Source: Myxococcota bacterium
GTDB lineage: Bacteria > Myxococcota > JACRCW01
Assembly: GCA_040752415.1 (NCBI GenBank)
Contig: JBFMGU010000006.1
Location: 7,779 to 71,778 of the forward strand
Reading direction: 5' to 3'
DNA length: 64,000 bases
Position numbers and translations under genes: made by a program. Position 1 is the first letter of the stretch; every line of letters starts with the position of its first letter. The notes under the pieces are model-generated. The model was not told where the DNA came from. It was given only the letters and a program-made list of their open reading frames with translations, and did no database searches. Below are positions 44,820-53,954 of this stretch, piece by piece.

Positions 44820-45404
44820 TCACGCCGACGTGCCGCGCGTGCTCCTGGCCCATTGCGGCGCCTGATCACCCACGCGCACCACGATGACGCAGTTGGGCGC
44901 GCCCCCGTGCATGCACTGCCGCTCCACCATGCCCACCGGCTCGTCGTAGTGGCGCGCCAGCGCGGTGATGATGCCCTTGGCCACGCCGCACATCTTCCGC
45001 GCGGAGCCGTAGGTGATGGTGACCTCGTCGGTGCCGCTGCGGTTGCACACCAGCTCCGGCGGCGCCGCCCCCTTGTTCTCGATCTGCACCACGCGATGGA
45101 TGGCCCCCTGCGTGTTCAGCAGGACGTCCAATGTCCGCCACTCCGGCTTGATGAGCCGCTGGTACTTCTTGACGAGGTTGGGACCGATGAACTCACCGAA
45201 CGCCTCCAGCAGCACCGGCACCGGCTTCCCCGTCAGGCGTGACGCCGTGGTCACCAGCGCCAACGCATCCGCGTCGGGATACCGCTCCATGGGCAGGAAC
45301 ATCCTCCCGGACATGCCGGCGGCCTTCAGCAGCTCATCCCATGCTTTCTCGCCCAGGTTCGCGCCCACAAAGGCGCGCAGCTCGGCGAAGATGACGCCAT
45401 GCAT
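44820..45404 (-). CDS. H-NOX (heme nitric oxide/oxygen-binding) domain protein, stand-alone
   Basis: Starting at ATG 45404 gives MHGVIFAELRAFVGANLGEKAWDELLKAAG.... The candidate proximal His is in TQGAIHRVVQ, and the Y-x-S-x-R propionate-binding motif is in ITYGSARKM. ~194 aa, typical H-NOX length. Confidence 0.7.
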   Translation of the reverse strand: MHGVIFAELRAFVGANLGEKAWDELLKAAGMSGRMFLPMERYPDADALALVTTASRLTGKPVPVLLEAFGEFIGPNLVKKYQRLIKPEWRTLDVLLNTQGAIHRVVQIENKGAAPPELVCNRSGTDEVTITYGSARKMCGVAKGIITALARHYDEPVGMVERQCMHGGAPNCVIVVRVGDQAPQWARSTRGTSA

Positions 45405-45482
45405 TGTGTGTCCCTTCAGTTCACGTCGACGTGCGGGAGCGCCAGTCAAACCCGGCACAGCGCGTCCCAACCAGCGTTGGCG

Positions 45483-46547
45483 TCATCGACCGGTGGTGCC
45501 GCGCAGCCGCCGCTCCAGGGGATGTTCCACCACGACGTGGAGCAGCCACGCCGCCACCACCGACGCGCCCACCATGGCCAGCGCCACACCCAGCTGGTGC
45601 GGAAGCGGCAACACGCCGAGCGGTCCCCACCAAGCATGGAACACCTGCGCCAGGGGCAGGATCACCAGCTGCACGTGCACCAGGTAGAACGCGTAGGACC
45701 ACATCCCCAGTTTCACCATCACCCTCGACGTGCGGGGCGCCTCCGCGTCCAGGTTCTCCTGCGCCACCGCGGCAATGAGCAGGGCGTACGGCACCAAGGT
45801 CACCGACGCGTAGCGGAACGACTCCGGCACCACGCCCGCCACCAGGTACGCCAACACCGCCAGCACCAGCGCCACCGGCGCGCGCACCGGCGCCCGCGTT
45901 CCTTGCAGCATCTCCACCGCCACCAGCGCGCCGAGGAGGAACTCCGGGAGCCGGCCGAGGGGAAGGATGTAGACCAGCCACTGGCTCGTCGAGAAACCCT
46001 CCACGGGATGACACGCCCAGGCCAGCGCCACGGTGATAACGACCAGGAACACCATCAACGCGCGGCGCGGTGTCGTCGGGAGCGTGGTGAGGCGCGGCAG
46101 GATGAACGGGAACACCGCGTAGAAGAAGGCTTCACAGCTCAGGGACCAGGAGACGTTGTTGACGGCGTAGTAGACGCTGGGCTGCGGCACCCAGGCCTGC
46201 ACCAGCACCAACGACGGATACACAATCCACGGCAACGCCCCCACGTGGTAGACCAACCGCCCCGCCGCGATGAGCCAGGTGACGAGGTGCGCGGGATACA
46301 CCCGGGCGAAGCGGCGCCGCCAGAAACGCCGCGGCGTGTCGTCGGACGGGTGCGACCAGGCGAGCACGAAGCCGCTGAGGATGAAGAAGAACGAGACGCC
46401 GGTCAGGCCCTGCCGCAGGAACGGCGCGAATTCACCGCTGAGGATGCCGTAGGCCTGCAGGTGGAACCCCGCTACCAGCAACGCGGCCCAGAAGCGCAGA
46501 CCGGTCAGCGACTCCAGCCGTCGTCGTCGCTGCGGCGCGGGCTCCAT
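45483..46547 (-). CDS. acyltransferase family 3 (OafA/OpgC-like) integral membrane protein
   Basis: Starting at ATG 46547 gives MEPAPQRRRRLESLTGLRFWAALLVAGFH.... ~10 TM helices. FFFILSGFVL is characteristic of Acyl_transf_3. Confidence 0.8.
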   Translation of the reverse strand: MEPAPQRRRRLESLTGLRFWAALLVAGFHLQAYGILSGEFAPFLRQGLTGVSFFFILSGFVLAWSHPSDDTPRRFWRRRFARVYPAHLVTWLIAAGRLVYHVGALPWIVYPSLVLVQAWVPQPSVYYAVNNVSWSLSCEAFFYAVFPFILPRLTTLPTTPRRALMVFLVVITVALAWACHPVEGFSTSQWLVYILPLGRLPEFLLGALVAVEMLQGTRAPVRAPVALVLAVLAYLVAGVVPESFRYASVTLVPYALLIAAVAQENLDAEAPRTSRVMVKLGMWSYAFYLVHVQLVILPLAQVFHAWWGPLGVLPLPHQLGVALAMVGASVVAAWLLHVVVEHPLERRLRGTTGR

Positions 46548-46626
46548 GGAAACTGTGTACCGACGGGCGGAAGGCGGCGTCAAACCGCGCTTGACCCCGC
46601 GACACCCGTGCACGATGGGTCCACGC

Positions 46627-47502
46627 ATGGAGAAGCGGCCTCTGGGTGCAACGGGGATGCAGGTCTCGGTGCTGGGCCTGGGCGCGGGTCACGTGGGCGG
46701 CGCGGAGCTGTCCGAGGACCACGTGGGCTGGCTGCTCAACGCCGCGTTGGACCTGGGCGTCAACCTCGTCGACACCGCGCGCGGCTACGGGCTCTCGGAA
46801 GAGCGCATCGGGCGTCACCTGGCGTGGCGACGACGTGATTTCGTGCTGGTGAGCAAGTGCGGCTACGGCGTGGAGGGGGTGGCGGACTGGACGCCGGAGT
46901 GCATCCGCGTCGGCGTGGACCAGGCGCTGCGTCGCATGCGCACCGACCACATCGACGTCATGATGCTGCACTCCTGCCCGCGCGCCACGTTGGAGCAACC
47001 GGGGCTGCTGGACGCGCTGGACGACGCGGTGCGCGCCGGCAAGGTCCGCCACGCGGGGTACTCCGGCGAGAACGAGGACCTGGCCTACGCGATCTTGACG
47101 GGGTGTTTCACGGTGTTCGAGACGTCGGTGAATGTGTTTGACCAGCGTGGCCTGTGGGAGCTGGTTCCGCGCATGGGCGCCGCGGGGGTCATTGCGAAGC
47201 GGCCGGCGGGGAATGCGCCGTGGCGTTTCGTCGAGCGGCCCCACGGGCATTACGGCGAGGTGTACTGGGAGCGCATGGTGCAGTTGGGGCTGCGGCCTGG
47301 TCCGCTGTCCTGGACGGAATACGCGTTGCGGTTTGCCGCGCATGCGCCGGGAGTGCACTGCGCCATCGTCGGGACGTCCAGCGTGGAGCACCTGCGGGAG
47401 AACGTGCGCGCGGTGGAGGCGGGGCCGTTGTCGTCGGAGGTGTTTGCCGAGGCGCGCGCTGCGTTTGAGCGGGTGGGGAGAGATTGGCGGGGGCAGGTGT
47501 GA
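46627..47502 (+). CDS. aldo/keto reductase
   Basis: ATG 46627 gives MEKRPLGATGMQVSVLGLGAGH.... DTARGYG and IDVMMLH are present. It is divergent from the acyltransferase-3 gene, with an 80-bp gap. Confidence 0.9.
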   Translation: MEKRPLGATGMQVSVLGLGAGHVGGAELSEDHVGWLLNAALDLGVNLVDTARGYGLSEERIGRHLAWRRRDFVLVSKCGYGVEGVADWTPECIRVGVDQALRRMRTDHIDVMMLHSCPRATLEQPGLLDALDDAVRAGKVRHAGYSGENEDLAYAILTGCFTVFETSVNVFDQRGLWELVPRMGAAGVIAKRPAGNAPWRFVERPHGHYGEVYWERMVQLGLRPGPLSWTEYALRFAAHAPGVHCAIVGTSSVEHLRENVRAVEAGPLSSEVFAEARAAFERVGRDWRGQV

Positions 47503-47509
47503 GGTCCGG

Positions 47510-47785
47510 TCCCAGCGGCGCGCCGGCCTCCCGAGTCAGGGCGTGAGCGTGGGCCGGCTCTCGGACTGCGGCATGAAGTGCCGCTTTGCCTTGGTGCACC
47601 CATTGAGACCGGGGTCGTCATGCGGCCGAGCGAAAGCGGTACTTCATACCGCAGTCCGAGAGCCGGCCCCCGCTCACGCCCTGACTCGGGAGGCCGGCGC
47701 ACCGCTGCGACCTCACGCTTGCCCTGGCCAATCACCCCCAAAGCCGGCCCACGCTCACGGATTGACTCGGAAGGCCGGCGACGCC
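47510..47785. repeat. cluster of at least 3 REP-like ~40-bp units (cgccggcctcccgagtcagggcgtgagcgtgggccggctc), one in forward orientation and two in reverse orientation
   Basis: The forward unit is at 47518-47557. The reverse units are at 47655-47694 and 47741-47780. Each has a gccggcc...ggccggc internal stem. The first two form a ~50-bp-arm hairpin. Confidence 0.75.
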
Positions 47786-47807
47786 AAACGCACTCGTCAC
47801 CAACGCC

Positions 47808-48278
47808 TCACCCCAACGCATCCATCGTCAACGCGCGAATCTCCGCCTCACCCATCCCGCGCGCCGGCCGCATCACCCCATCCACGTAGCGCCATCCCCC
47901 GCCCTCCCGTCGGAACGTGGACCGCTCCACGAAACCCACGTCCCGCGCGCCGTCCTGCACCTGCGCCCAGAACAGCACCCGCGCCACCCCGCTCTCGTCG
48001 GGGCCATCACTCGCCAACACCACCAGGCGCGGGTAGCGGAACCGGTTGCAGTTGCGCTTGAGCTCACGCCGCACCTCCTCGCGCGGGCGCTGCGCGTCGG
48101 GGTTGCTGCTGTGCAACGTGCGCCACAGGTGGTCCACCTGCGCCAACGCAAACGCGGCGTAGCGCGAGCGCATCAACGCCTCCGGCGTGGGCGCCTCCAC
48201 CCCGTCCTTGTGGAACGGCCGACAACACTCCGCATACCCGCGCCCCGACGAGCACGGACATTCCCGCGGCTCACCCAT
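47808..48278 (-). CDS. YchJ-family (UPF0225) protein with SEC-C metal-binding motifs
   Basis: N-terminal CPCSSGRGYAECC, the SEC-C motif. A second Cys pair lies near the C-terminus. ~156 aa. Confidence 0.8.
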   Translation of the reverse strand: MGEPRECPCSSGRGYAECCRPFHKDGVEAPTPEALMRSRYAAFALAQVDHLWRTLHSSNPDAQRPREEVRRELKRNCNRFRYPRLVVLASDGPDESGVARVLFWAQVQDGARDVGFVERSTFRREGGGWRYVDGVMRPARGMGEAEIRALTMDALG

Positions 48279-48287
48279 GTTCTTGGC

Positions 48288-50216
48288 TCACTCCGGGTCG
48301 CACATCCCGTCGCAGGTGGGCTCCACCACGCCATCCGGCTTGAGGAACCGCTTCTTCATCTCGATGGCCGCCGCGAGACGTCGCACCGCCTCGTGCGTCT
48401 CATTCCCTTCCGCGGCCTCGTTGGTGGGCGGGGGCGTCTTGCTCACCGGCACCCCGAAGTACACGTACGCCGACGGCGCCGTCTCCACCGTCTCAAAACC
48501 CCACGGCGTGCGTGCGCTCTGGCTGAGCAGCGGCAACCCCGCCGTCCCGTACACCATGTCGGAGGCCAGGTTGGGGACCTGCGCGTCGTCGGTGCCAATC
48601 TGCGAGAGCACGTAACGCACCGTCGAGCCCGGCAGCGGGTCCTTCACCACGTGCGGCGCATAGCTCACCGGGTCCGCGTAGTCCCACAGGCTCTGGATCA
48701 TCGCCAGGATCACCTGTCGCTCCACGGGCACGCGGTAGCTGTCGTCGAACACCAGCGACATGGCCGGCCAGTTGGCGCTGCGCTGGATCATCATGGACCA
48801 GTTGCCCGCGCCCACCCCCACCACGCCACGCTCGATGTCCGGCGTGAGCGCCAGGAACGTGAGCCCCATGATGCCGCCCAGGCTGTTGCCGTCGTAGTAG
48901 GTGGTTCCCTCGTCGATGAGCCGGCTCCCGTCGGCGCGCTGGAGCTCGGGCGCGTCGCCCAGGATGCCGCGCACGGTGCGCGTGAGCGCAATGGTGTCAA
49001 TCACCGCCTGCTGCAGCCGGGAGGCGGTGCGGTGGAACAGGCTCATGTCCCGCAGCGCGTTGGTGACAATGCCCACGTCCTGCTCGGTGAGGCCGGTCCA
49101 GTTGGTGGCCGCCACCACATAGCCCAGCTCCTCGGCGAGACGACGCACGTGACCGCTCTGGATCTCGTCATAGCCGGAGCCCAGCAGCCCGTGCCCGTAG
49201 ATGAGCAGCGGCACCGGCCCCGGGGCGTTCATGGCCTTGGGCGGCACCACCACGGTGAACTCACGGTCCCATTCCCCCGTCGCCACCGGGGTGCCGGACG
49301 CGTCGCGCGCCAGCGTGGCGGTGAAGCCGCCCTCGTCGGTGAGGAAGAGCGGGGAGCGGAAGGTCCCGTCCACCAGGCGCGCCACGTCCGGGTACGTGTT
49401 CTCCCGGGAGCGTGAGATGGCATACGCAATGCCGCGGTTTCCCAGCGTCGTCAGCGCCTGCTCACGCATGCTGAGCAGCGCGCCGGTGATGGCTTCCTGG
49501 GAGGCGGTGTGCACCTCGAACGCGAGCAGCAGGTCGTCCCGGGTGAGCCCCAGCTGCGTCGCCACCTCCATGGCCTCCACCAGCGACGCCCGACGGGACT
49601 CCAGCCGCGCGCTGGTGGTGGGCAGACCGTCCAGCACCGCCTGGAACCCCGCGCTGCGCGGCACCGCGCTCCCGTCCAGCGCACGCACCCGGTGCGTCAC
49701 CACGACGAGATAACGCGCATTGTTCCGCAGCCGCCGCATGGGCCGGATGATGAGCGTGCGCTCGCCGGGCTCCTCCACGGTCATGTCCAGCTCGGAGAAA
49801 TGCGGCACGCGCTCCCGGCGCTCCACGTCGATCAACACGGTCCCGCTCTCGGCGGTGAGGCTGCGCGCAATGTCATCCTGCGGCGGCAAGGCGGTGTTGG
49901 AGATGGCCACCGGGAAATGCACCATGTACGGCGCCGCGGGCGAGAACCCGTCCTGGTCCAGGGAGGTCACATCCACGGGAATTCCCTCACTGCTCAGCGG
50001 CGCGGCGCCCTGGGGGATGCGCACGCGTCGACCGGTGACGGTGCTGGCGTCGACTTCCAGGTACATGCTGGAGGGGAACGGGTTGAGGCACTCCGGGCCG
50101 TAGCCCAGCGGATTGCACGGCTCCGCCGCCACGTTGACCGCCGGTGGCGTCCCCGACGTGGAAGAGCAGGAAACCAGGAGCAACAGGACCCACAACGGTT
50201 GACGACCTTGACGCAT
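48288..50216 (-). CDS. secreted alpha/beta-hydrolase-fold lipoprotein (lipase/esterase-like)
   Basis: Starting at ATG 50216 gives MRQGRQPLWVLLLLVSCSS, a lipobox. GxSxG is YDGNSLGG, and LLIYGHGLLGS is present. ~640 aa. Confidence 0.75.
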   Translation of the reverse strand: MRQGRQPLWVLLLLVSCSSTSGTPPAVNVAAEPCNPLGYGPECLNPFPSSMYLEVDASTVTGRRVRIPQGAAPLSSEGIPVDVTSLDQDGFSPAAPYMVHFPVAISNTALPPQDDIARSLTAESGTVLIDVERRERVPHFSELDMTVEEPGERTLIIRPMRRLRNNARYLVVVTHRVRALDGSAVPRSAGFQAVLDGLPTTSARLESRRASLVEAMEVATQLGLTRDDLLLAFEVHTASQEAITGALLSMREQALTTLGNRGIAYAISRSRENTYPDVARLVDGTFRSPLFLTDEGGFTATLARDASGTPVATGEWDREFTVVVPPKAMNAPGPVPLLIYGHGLLGSGYDEIQSGHVRRLAEELGYVVAATNWTGLTEQDVGIVTNALRDMSLFHRTASRLQQAVIDTIALTRTVRGILGDAPELQRADGSRLIDEGTTYYDGNSLGGIMGLTFLALTPDIERGVVGVGAGNWSMMIQRSANWPAMSLVFDDSYRVPVERQVILAMIQSLWDYADPVSYAPHVVKDPLPGSTVRYVLSQIGTDDAQVPNLASDMVYGTAGLPLLSQSARTPWGFETVETAPSAYVYFGVPVSKTPPPTNEAAEGNETHEAVRRLAAAIEMKKRFLKPDGVVEPTCDGMCDPE

Positions 50217-50316
50217 GACCGCGACCTCCGACGGGTGCGCAGTCTGCCGCCCGATGATGCATTTGGCCAGTCCGTCGCCATCCGACAAACCGCGGCTGTG
50301 CTAGAGAGATGGGTGA

Positions 50317-51725
50317 TGCGCATCCGGTGGGTGATGGTGACGTTGCTGGGCGTGGCGGCGTGTCTCCCGGTGGTTCCCGAGTCCCCGTGCGAGACCAGCG
50401 ACGATTGCGACGTGGAGCACCATTGCGTGGATGGGAGCTGCGTGCCCCGGGACCAGGGTTCCTTCTCCACGTCGTCGTCAGCGGTCGCGAGCACTTCCTC
50501 CAGCGCCAGCTCCTCGAGCAGCGCTTCCTCTTCCGCGTCCTCCGCCGCCGTCAGCTCCTCGAGCGCGAGCGGAACCGCCAGCACATCCGACGTCACCTCC
50601 TCCAGCAGCGCCACGTCCACGTCGGGTGCCACCTCCTCCACCGGCGGAAGCAGCACGTCGCAGACCTCCTCCACCTCGTCGGGCAGCTCCACCACGTCGG
50701 CGGGAACGTCCTCCCCCAACGCCACCAGCAGCACCACCTCCACCAGCTCGTCCGCCACCAGCGCCGCGTCCACGTCGAGCAACACCACCTCGACGTCATC
50801 GACGGGGAGCACCACGTCCTCCAGCGGCTACCACGCCCCGCCCTTCTTCACCGCCTACAATGACCTGGCGTGGTTCTCCGGCCAGACCACCACCAGGATC
50901 AGCACGCTCACGCGCGGCCAATCCGGGAATCTCGTCGACGCCAACACGGGCGTGGCGCTGGGCGCTTCCCTGTCCATCAGCGCGGGCGGCGCGGGCCCGT
51001 ACGACACCTATGGCGCCATGCCCGCCCCGGGGACGGAGGCGCACAACTTCTTCGCGAGCCACGTGGATGGGGCCGGGCTCATCAGCTTTGACCCCTCCGA
51101 CCTGGTGCTGACCTTCAGCTCGCTCCCCACGACGATGCGCTACGAGCTGGTCTTCCTGTGCAACCGCGACAACGCCACCTACACCGACCGGCTCACCCGC
51201 GTGACGCTTTCCGGGATGACGACACTCATCAACGACAGCTCACCGGGCACGTCCTTCCAGCCGGGCACGGCCTCCACGGTCTTCTCTTGCGGTGCCAACG
51301 CGGAGGGACGGGTGGCGCGCTTCGTGGGTGTGGACCCCGGCTCCGACGGCGAGCTGGTCCTCACCATCTCCGACGGAGGCAGCCCCACGCCGCCCGCGTA
51401 CTACGCCAACGCCGTCATGATCCGCGCCTTCCCGCCCGGCACGCTCTACAACGCGCGCCCCGTGGTCGACGCCGGCGCGGACTTCACCACCTCCATGGGC
51501 GGGCTCACCTTCCTGGCCGGTTCCGCCAGCGACGACGGGTATCCCGCCGCGTTCACCGCGCAATGGACGCCGGTCACCGGTCCGGGCACGGTCTTCTTTG
51601 GCGATCCCACGCAGCTCCAACCCGAGGTGAGCTTCTCCGCGGAGGGCACCTACGTGCTGCGGTTGGATGTCTCCGACGGAGAGCTGGTGGGCACCGACAC
51701 CGTCACCATCTCCGTGACGCCCTGA
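50317..51725 (+). CDS. lipoprotein with an N-terminal Cys-rich module (CETSDDCDVEHHCVDGSCVP), a long Ser/Thr linker and a C-terminal beta-rich domain
   Basis: ATG 50317 gives MRIRWVMVTLLGVAAC, a lipobox. The architecture is shared with 10760..13519 and 57469..59235. Confidence 0.7.
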
Positions 51726-51833
51726 GCGGAGGACGGCGGCCAAATTCCGCGGTGGTTATATCCACGGTTGCGCGTGTGACGTCACCCAACCACGCGCCAC
51801 AACCCTCACGGATGCCGCAACACCTGGGCACGC

Positions 51834-53867
51834 GTGTCAGACACCTCGCGGCGTTCCCGCGGGTCCGGTTGGAGCCGCCGCATGGTCACCTTCACCTCGC
51901 GTTACACCCGCTGGCTCCACTCCGTCTCGACCCACGACGTGGCCGCGGTGGGCACCCGGAACGCCCTGCTGGGCGAGATGGCACGCACGCTGGGGGCTCG
52001 GGGCATTCGCGTGCCCGGCGGGTTTGCCATCACCGTGGAGGCGTACCGCAGCTTCCTGCAGGAGAACGGGCTCTCCCGTCGGGTGACCCGTGCGCTGGAC
52101 GACCTCTCGCTCGGGAAGGTGACGTTGGAGGAAGCGGGTGCGCACCTCCGTGAGCACTTCCTCCGCGCCGAGTTTCCCGAGGAGCTGGCGCTGGCCATCC
52201 GCACCGCCTACCGCGAGCTGTGCCACCGCCACGCGGTCGACGAGGTGAACGTGGCGGTCCGCGGCAGCGCCACCCTGGAGGAGCATCCCCATCCCGACCC
52301 ATTGCTCAACGTGCGTGGTGAGTCGGCCCTGCTGGAAGCCACGCGCGACTGCTTTGCCGCGCTGTTCAGCAACCGCGCCATTGCGTGGCGTCGGGACGGT
52401 GGCGTGGATCACCTGGGGGTGGCGCTCAGCGTGGGCGTTCAGAAGATGGTGCGCAGTGACATGGCGTGCGCCGGCGTGATGTCCAGCATGGACCACGAGA
52501 CGGGCTTTCCCCACGCCGTGATCATCCAGGCCAGCTGGGGCCTGGGCGCGCTTCACGCCGACGACACCGCCGACCAGTACACCGTCTTCAAGCCGCTGCT
52601 GCGGAGCCGGGACCACCGGCCCATCGTCGAGAAACGGCTGGGCACGCAGCGGCGCAAGCTGGTGTACGGGCACAACGGCACGCCCACCACGTTCGTGGAC
52701 ACCTCCCCGGACGAGCGCGGCTCCTTCATCCTTGACGACGAGGAAATCTTGGAACTGGCGCGCCGCGCCTGCGCGGTGGAGGAGCACTTTGGCCGTCCCG
52801 TGGACCTGGCGTGGGCGCGCGACGGGTTCACCGGGGAGCTCTACGTGGTGCACGCGCAGCCGCGGGCCCCGGCGCGACTCGGGACCGACCCGTTCCCGAC
52901 GGACACGCCCACCACGCGCACGCAGATCATGATCAACCTGGCCAACCCCGCGGCGGCATTCCGCGCATGGAAGCTGCCCAGCCGTGGCATTGGCCTGGCG
53001 CGCCTGGAGCTGATCATCAACCACTGCGTCAAGGTCCATCCCATGGCGCTGGTCCGCTACGACGAGCTGAAGGACGCCGCCCTCCGCGCCCAGGTCGACG
53101 GGCTCACCCGGGGTTATCGTCGGAAGACGGACTACTTCGTGGACTCGCTGGCGCGCGGGCTGGCCAAGCTTGCGTGCGCGCAGCATCCCTACCCGGTGAT
53201 GGCGTGCCTCAGTGATTTCCGCAGCGACGAGCACGCCGGTCTCGTCGGCGGAGCGCTGTTCGAGCCCAGGGAGGTGAACCCCGTGCTCGGGCTGCGCGGC
53301 GCCTCCCGCTACTACAGCGACGCCTACCGGGAAGCGTTTGCGCTGGAGTGCCAGGCCCTCCGCAAGGTGCGCGAGGAGATGGGACTGAGGAACGTGGCGG
53401 TGATGGTCCCGTTCTGTCGCACACTGGAGGAGGCCGACCGGGTGCTGGAGCTGATGTCGCTGCACGGGCTGAAGCGCGGTGTCGACGGGCTGGAGGTGCA
53501 CGTCACGGCGGAGGTCCCGGCCAACGTGATCCTGGCCGAGCAGTTCGCGGAGCGCTTTGACGGCTTCTCCATTGGCAGCAACGACCTCACGCAGCTGGTG
53601 CTGGGCGTGGACCGCGGCAACGGACCGCTGGCCGCGCTGTTCGACGAGCGCAATGACGCCGTCAAGGCGATGATCCGACAGCTCATCCGCGTGGCGCACG
53701 CGCGCGGACGCAAAGTGGGCATCTGCGGCCCGGCTCCCAGCGTTCACCCGGAGTTCGCCCAGTTCCTCGTCGAGGCGGGCATTGACTCCATCTCCCTGCA
53801 CCCGGACTGCGTGCTCGCGGTGCAGGAGCGCGTGGCCCAGGCGGAGCGCGCCCGCTACGGCGCCTGA
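51834..53867 (+). CDS. phosphoenolpyruvate synthase/pyruvate-phosphate dikinase homologue lacking the phosphohistidine (mobile) domain
   Basis: The N-terminal ATP-grasp/PPDK_N-like region (GTRNALLGEMAR...GIRVPGGFAIT...ARDGFTGELYVVHAQPR) joins after an ~18-aa linker directly to the PEP-utilizers C-terminal TIM barrel (TRTQIMINLANP...GIGLARLELIINH...GSNDLTQLVLGVDRGN). No GG.TSHAAI-type His motif is present. An alternative start is at 51882. Confidence 0.85.
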   Translation: MSDTSRRSRGSGWSRRMVTFTSRYTRWLHSVSTHDVAAVGTRNALLGEMARTLGARGIRVPGGFAITVEAYRSFLQENGLSRRVTRALDDLSLGKVTLEEAGAHLREHFLRAEFPEELALAIRTAYRELCHRHAVDEVNVAVRGSATLEEHPHPDPLLNVRGESALLEATRDCFAALFSNRAIAWRRDGGVDHLGVALSVGVQKMVRSDMACAGVMSSMDHETGFPHAVIIQASWGLGALHADDTADQYTVFKPLLRSRDHRPIVEKRLGTQRRKLVYGHNGTPTTFVDTSPDERGSFILDDEEILELARRACAVEEHFGRPVDLAWARDGFTGELYVVHAQPRAPARLGTDPFPTDTPTTRTQIMINLANPAAAFRAWKLPSRGIGLARLELIINHCVKVHPMALVRYDELKDAALRAQVDGLTRGYRRKTDYFVDSLARGLAKLACAQHPYPVMACLSDFRSDEHAGLVGGALFEPREVNPVLGLRGASRYYSDAYREAFALECQALRKVREEMGLRNVAVMVPFCRTLEEADRVLELMSLHGLKRGVDGLEVHVTAEVPANVILAEQFAERFDGFSIGSNDLTQLVLGVDRGNGPLAALFDERNDAVKAMIRQLIRVAHARGRKVGICGPAPSVHPEFAQFLVEAGIDSISLHPDCVLAVQERVAQAERARYGA

Positions 53868-53954
53868 ACCGCGGTGGCGACGGAGCACGCCGTGGGTTGA
53901 CACGTGCCGCCAGATGGGATTGCCATTCGCCGCACGAACGAAGTGAGGCGAAAC

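Noticed and set aside
42233-44887. 884-aa plus-strand ORF
   Set aside because: It is antisense to argS and to the LOG-like gene. The argS product is unmistakable.
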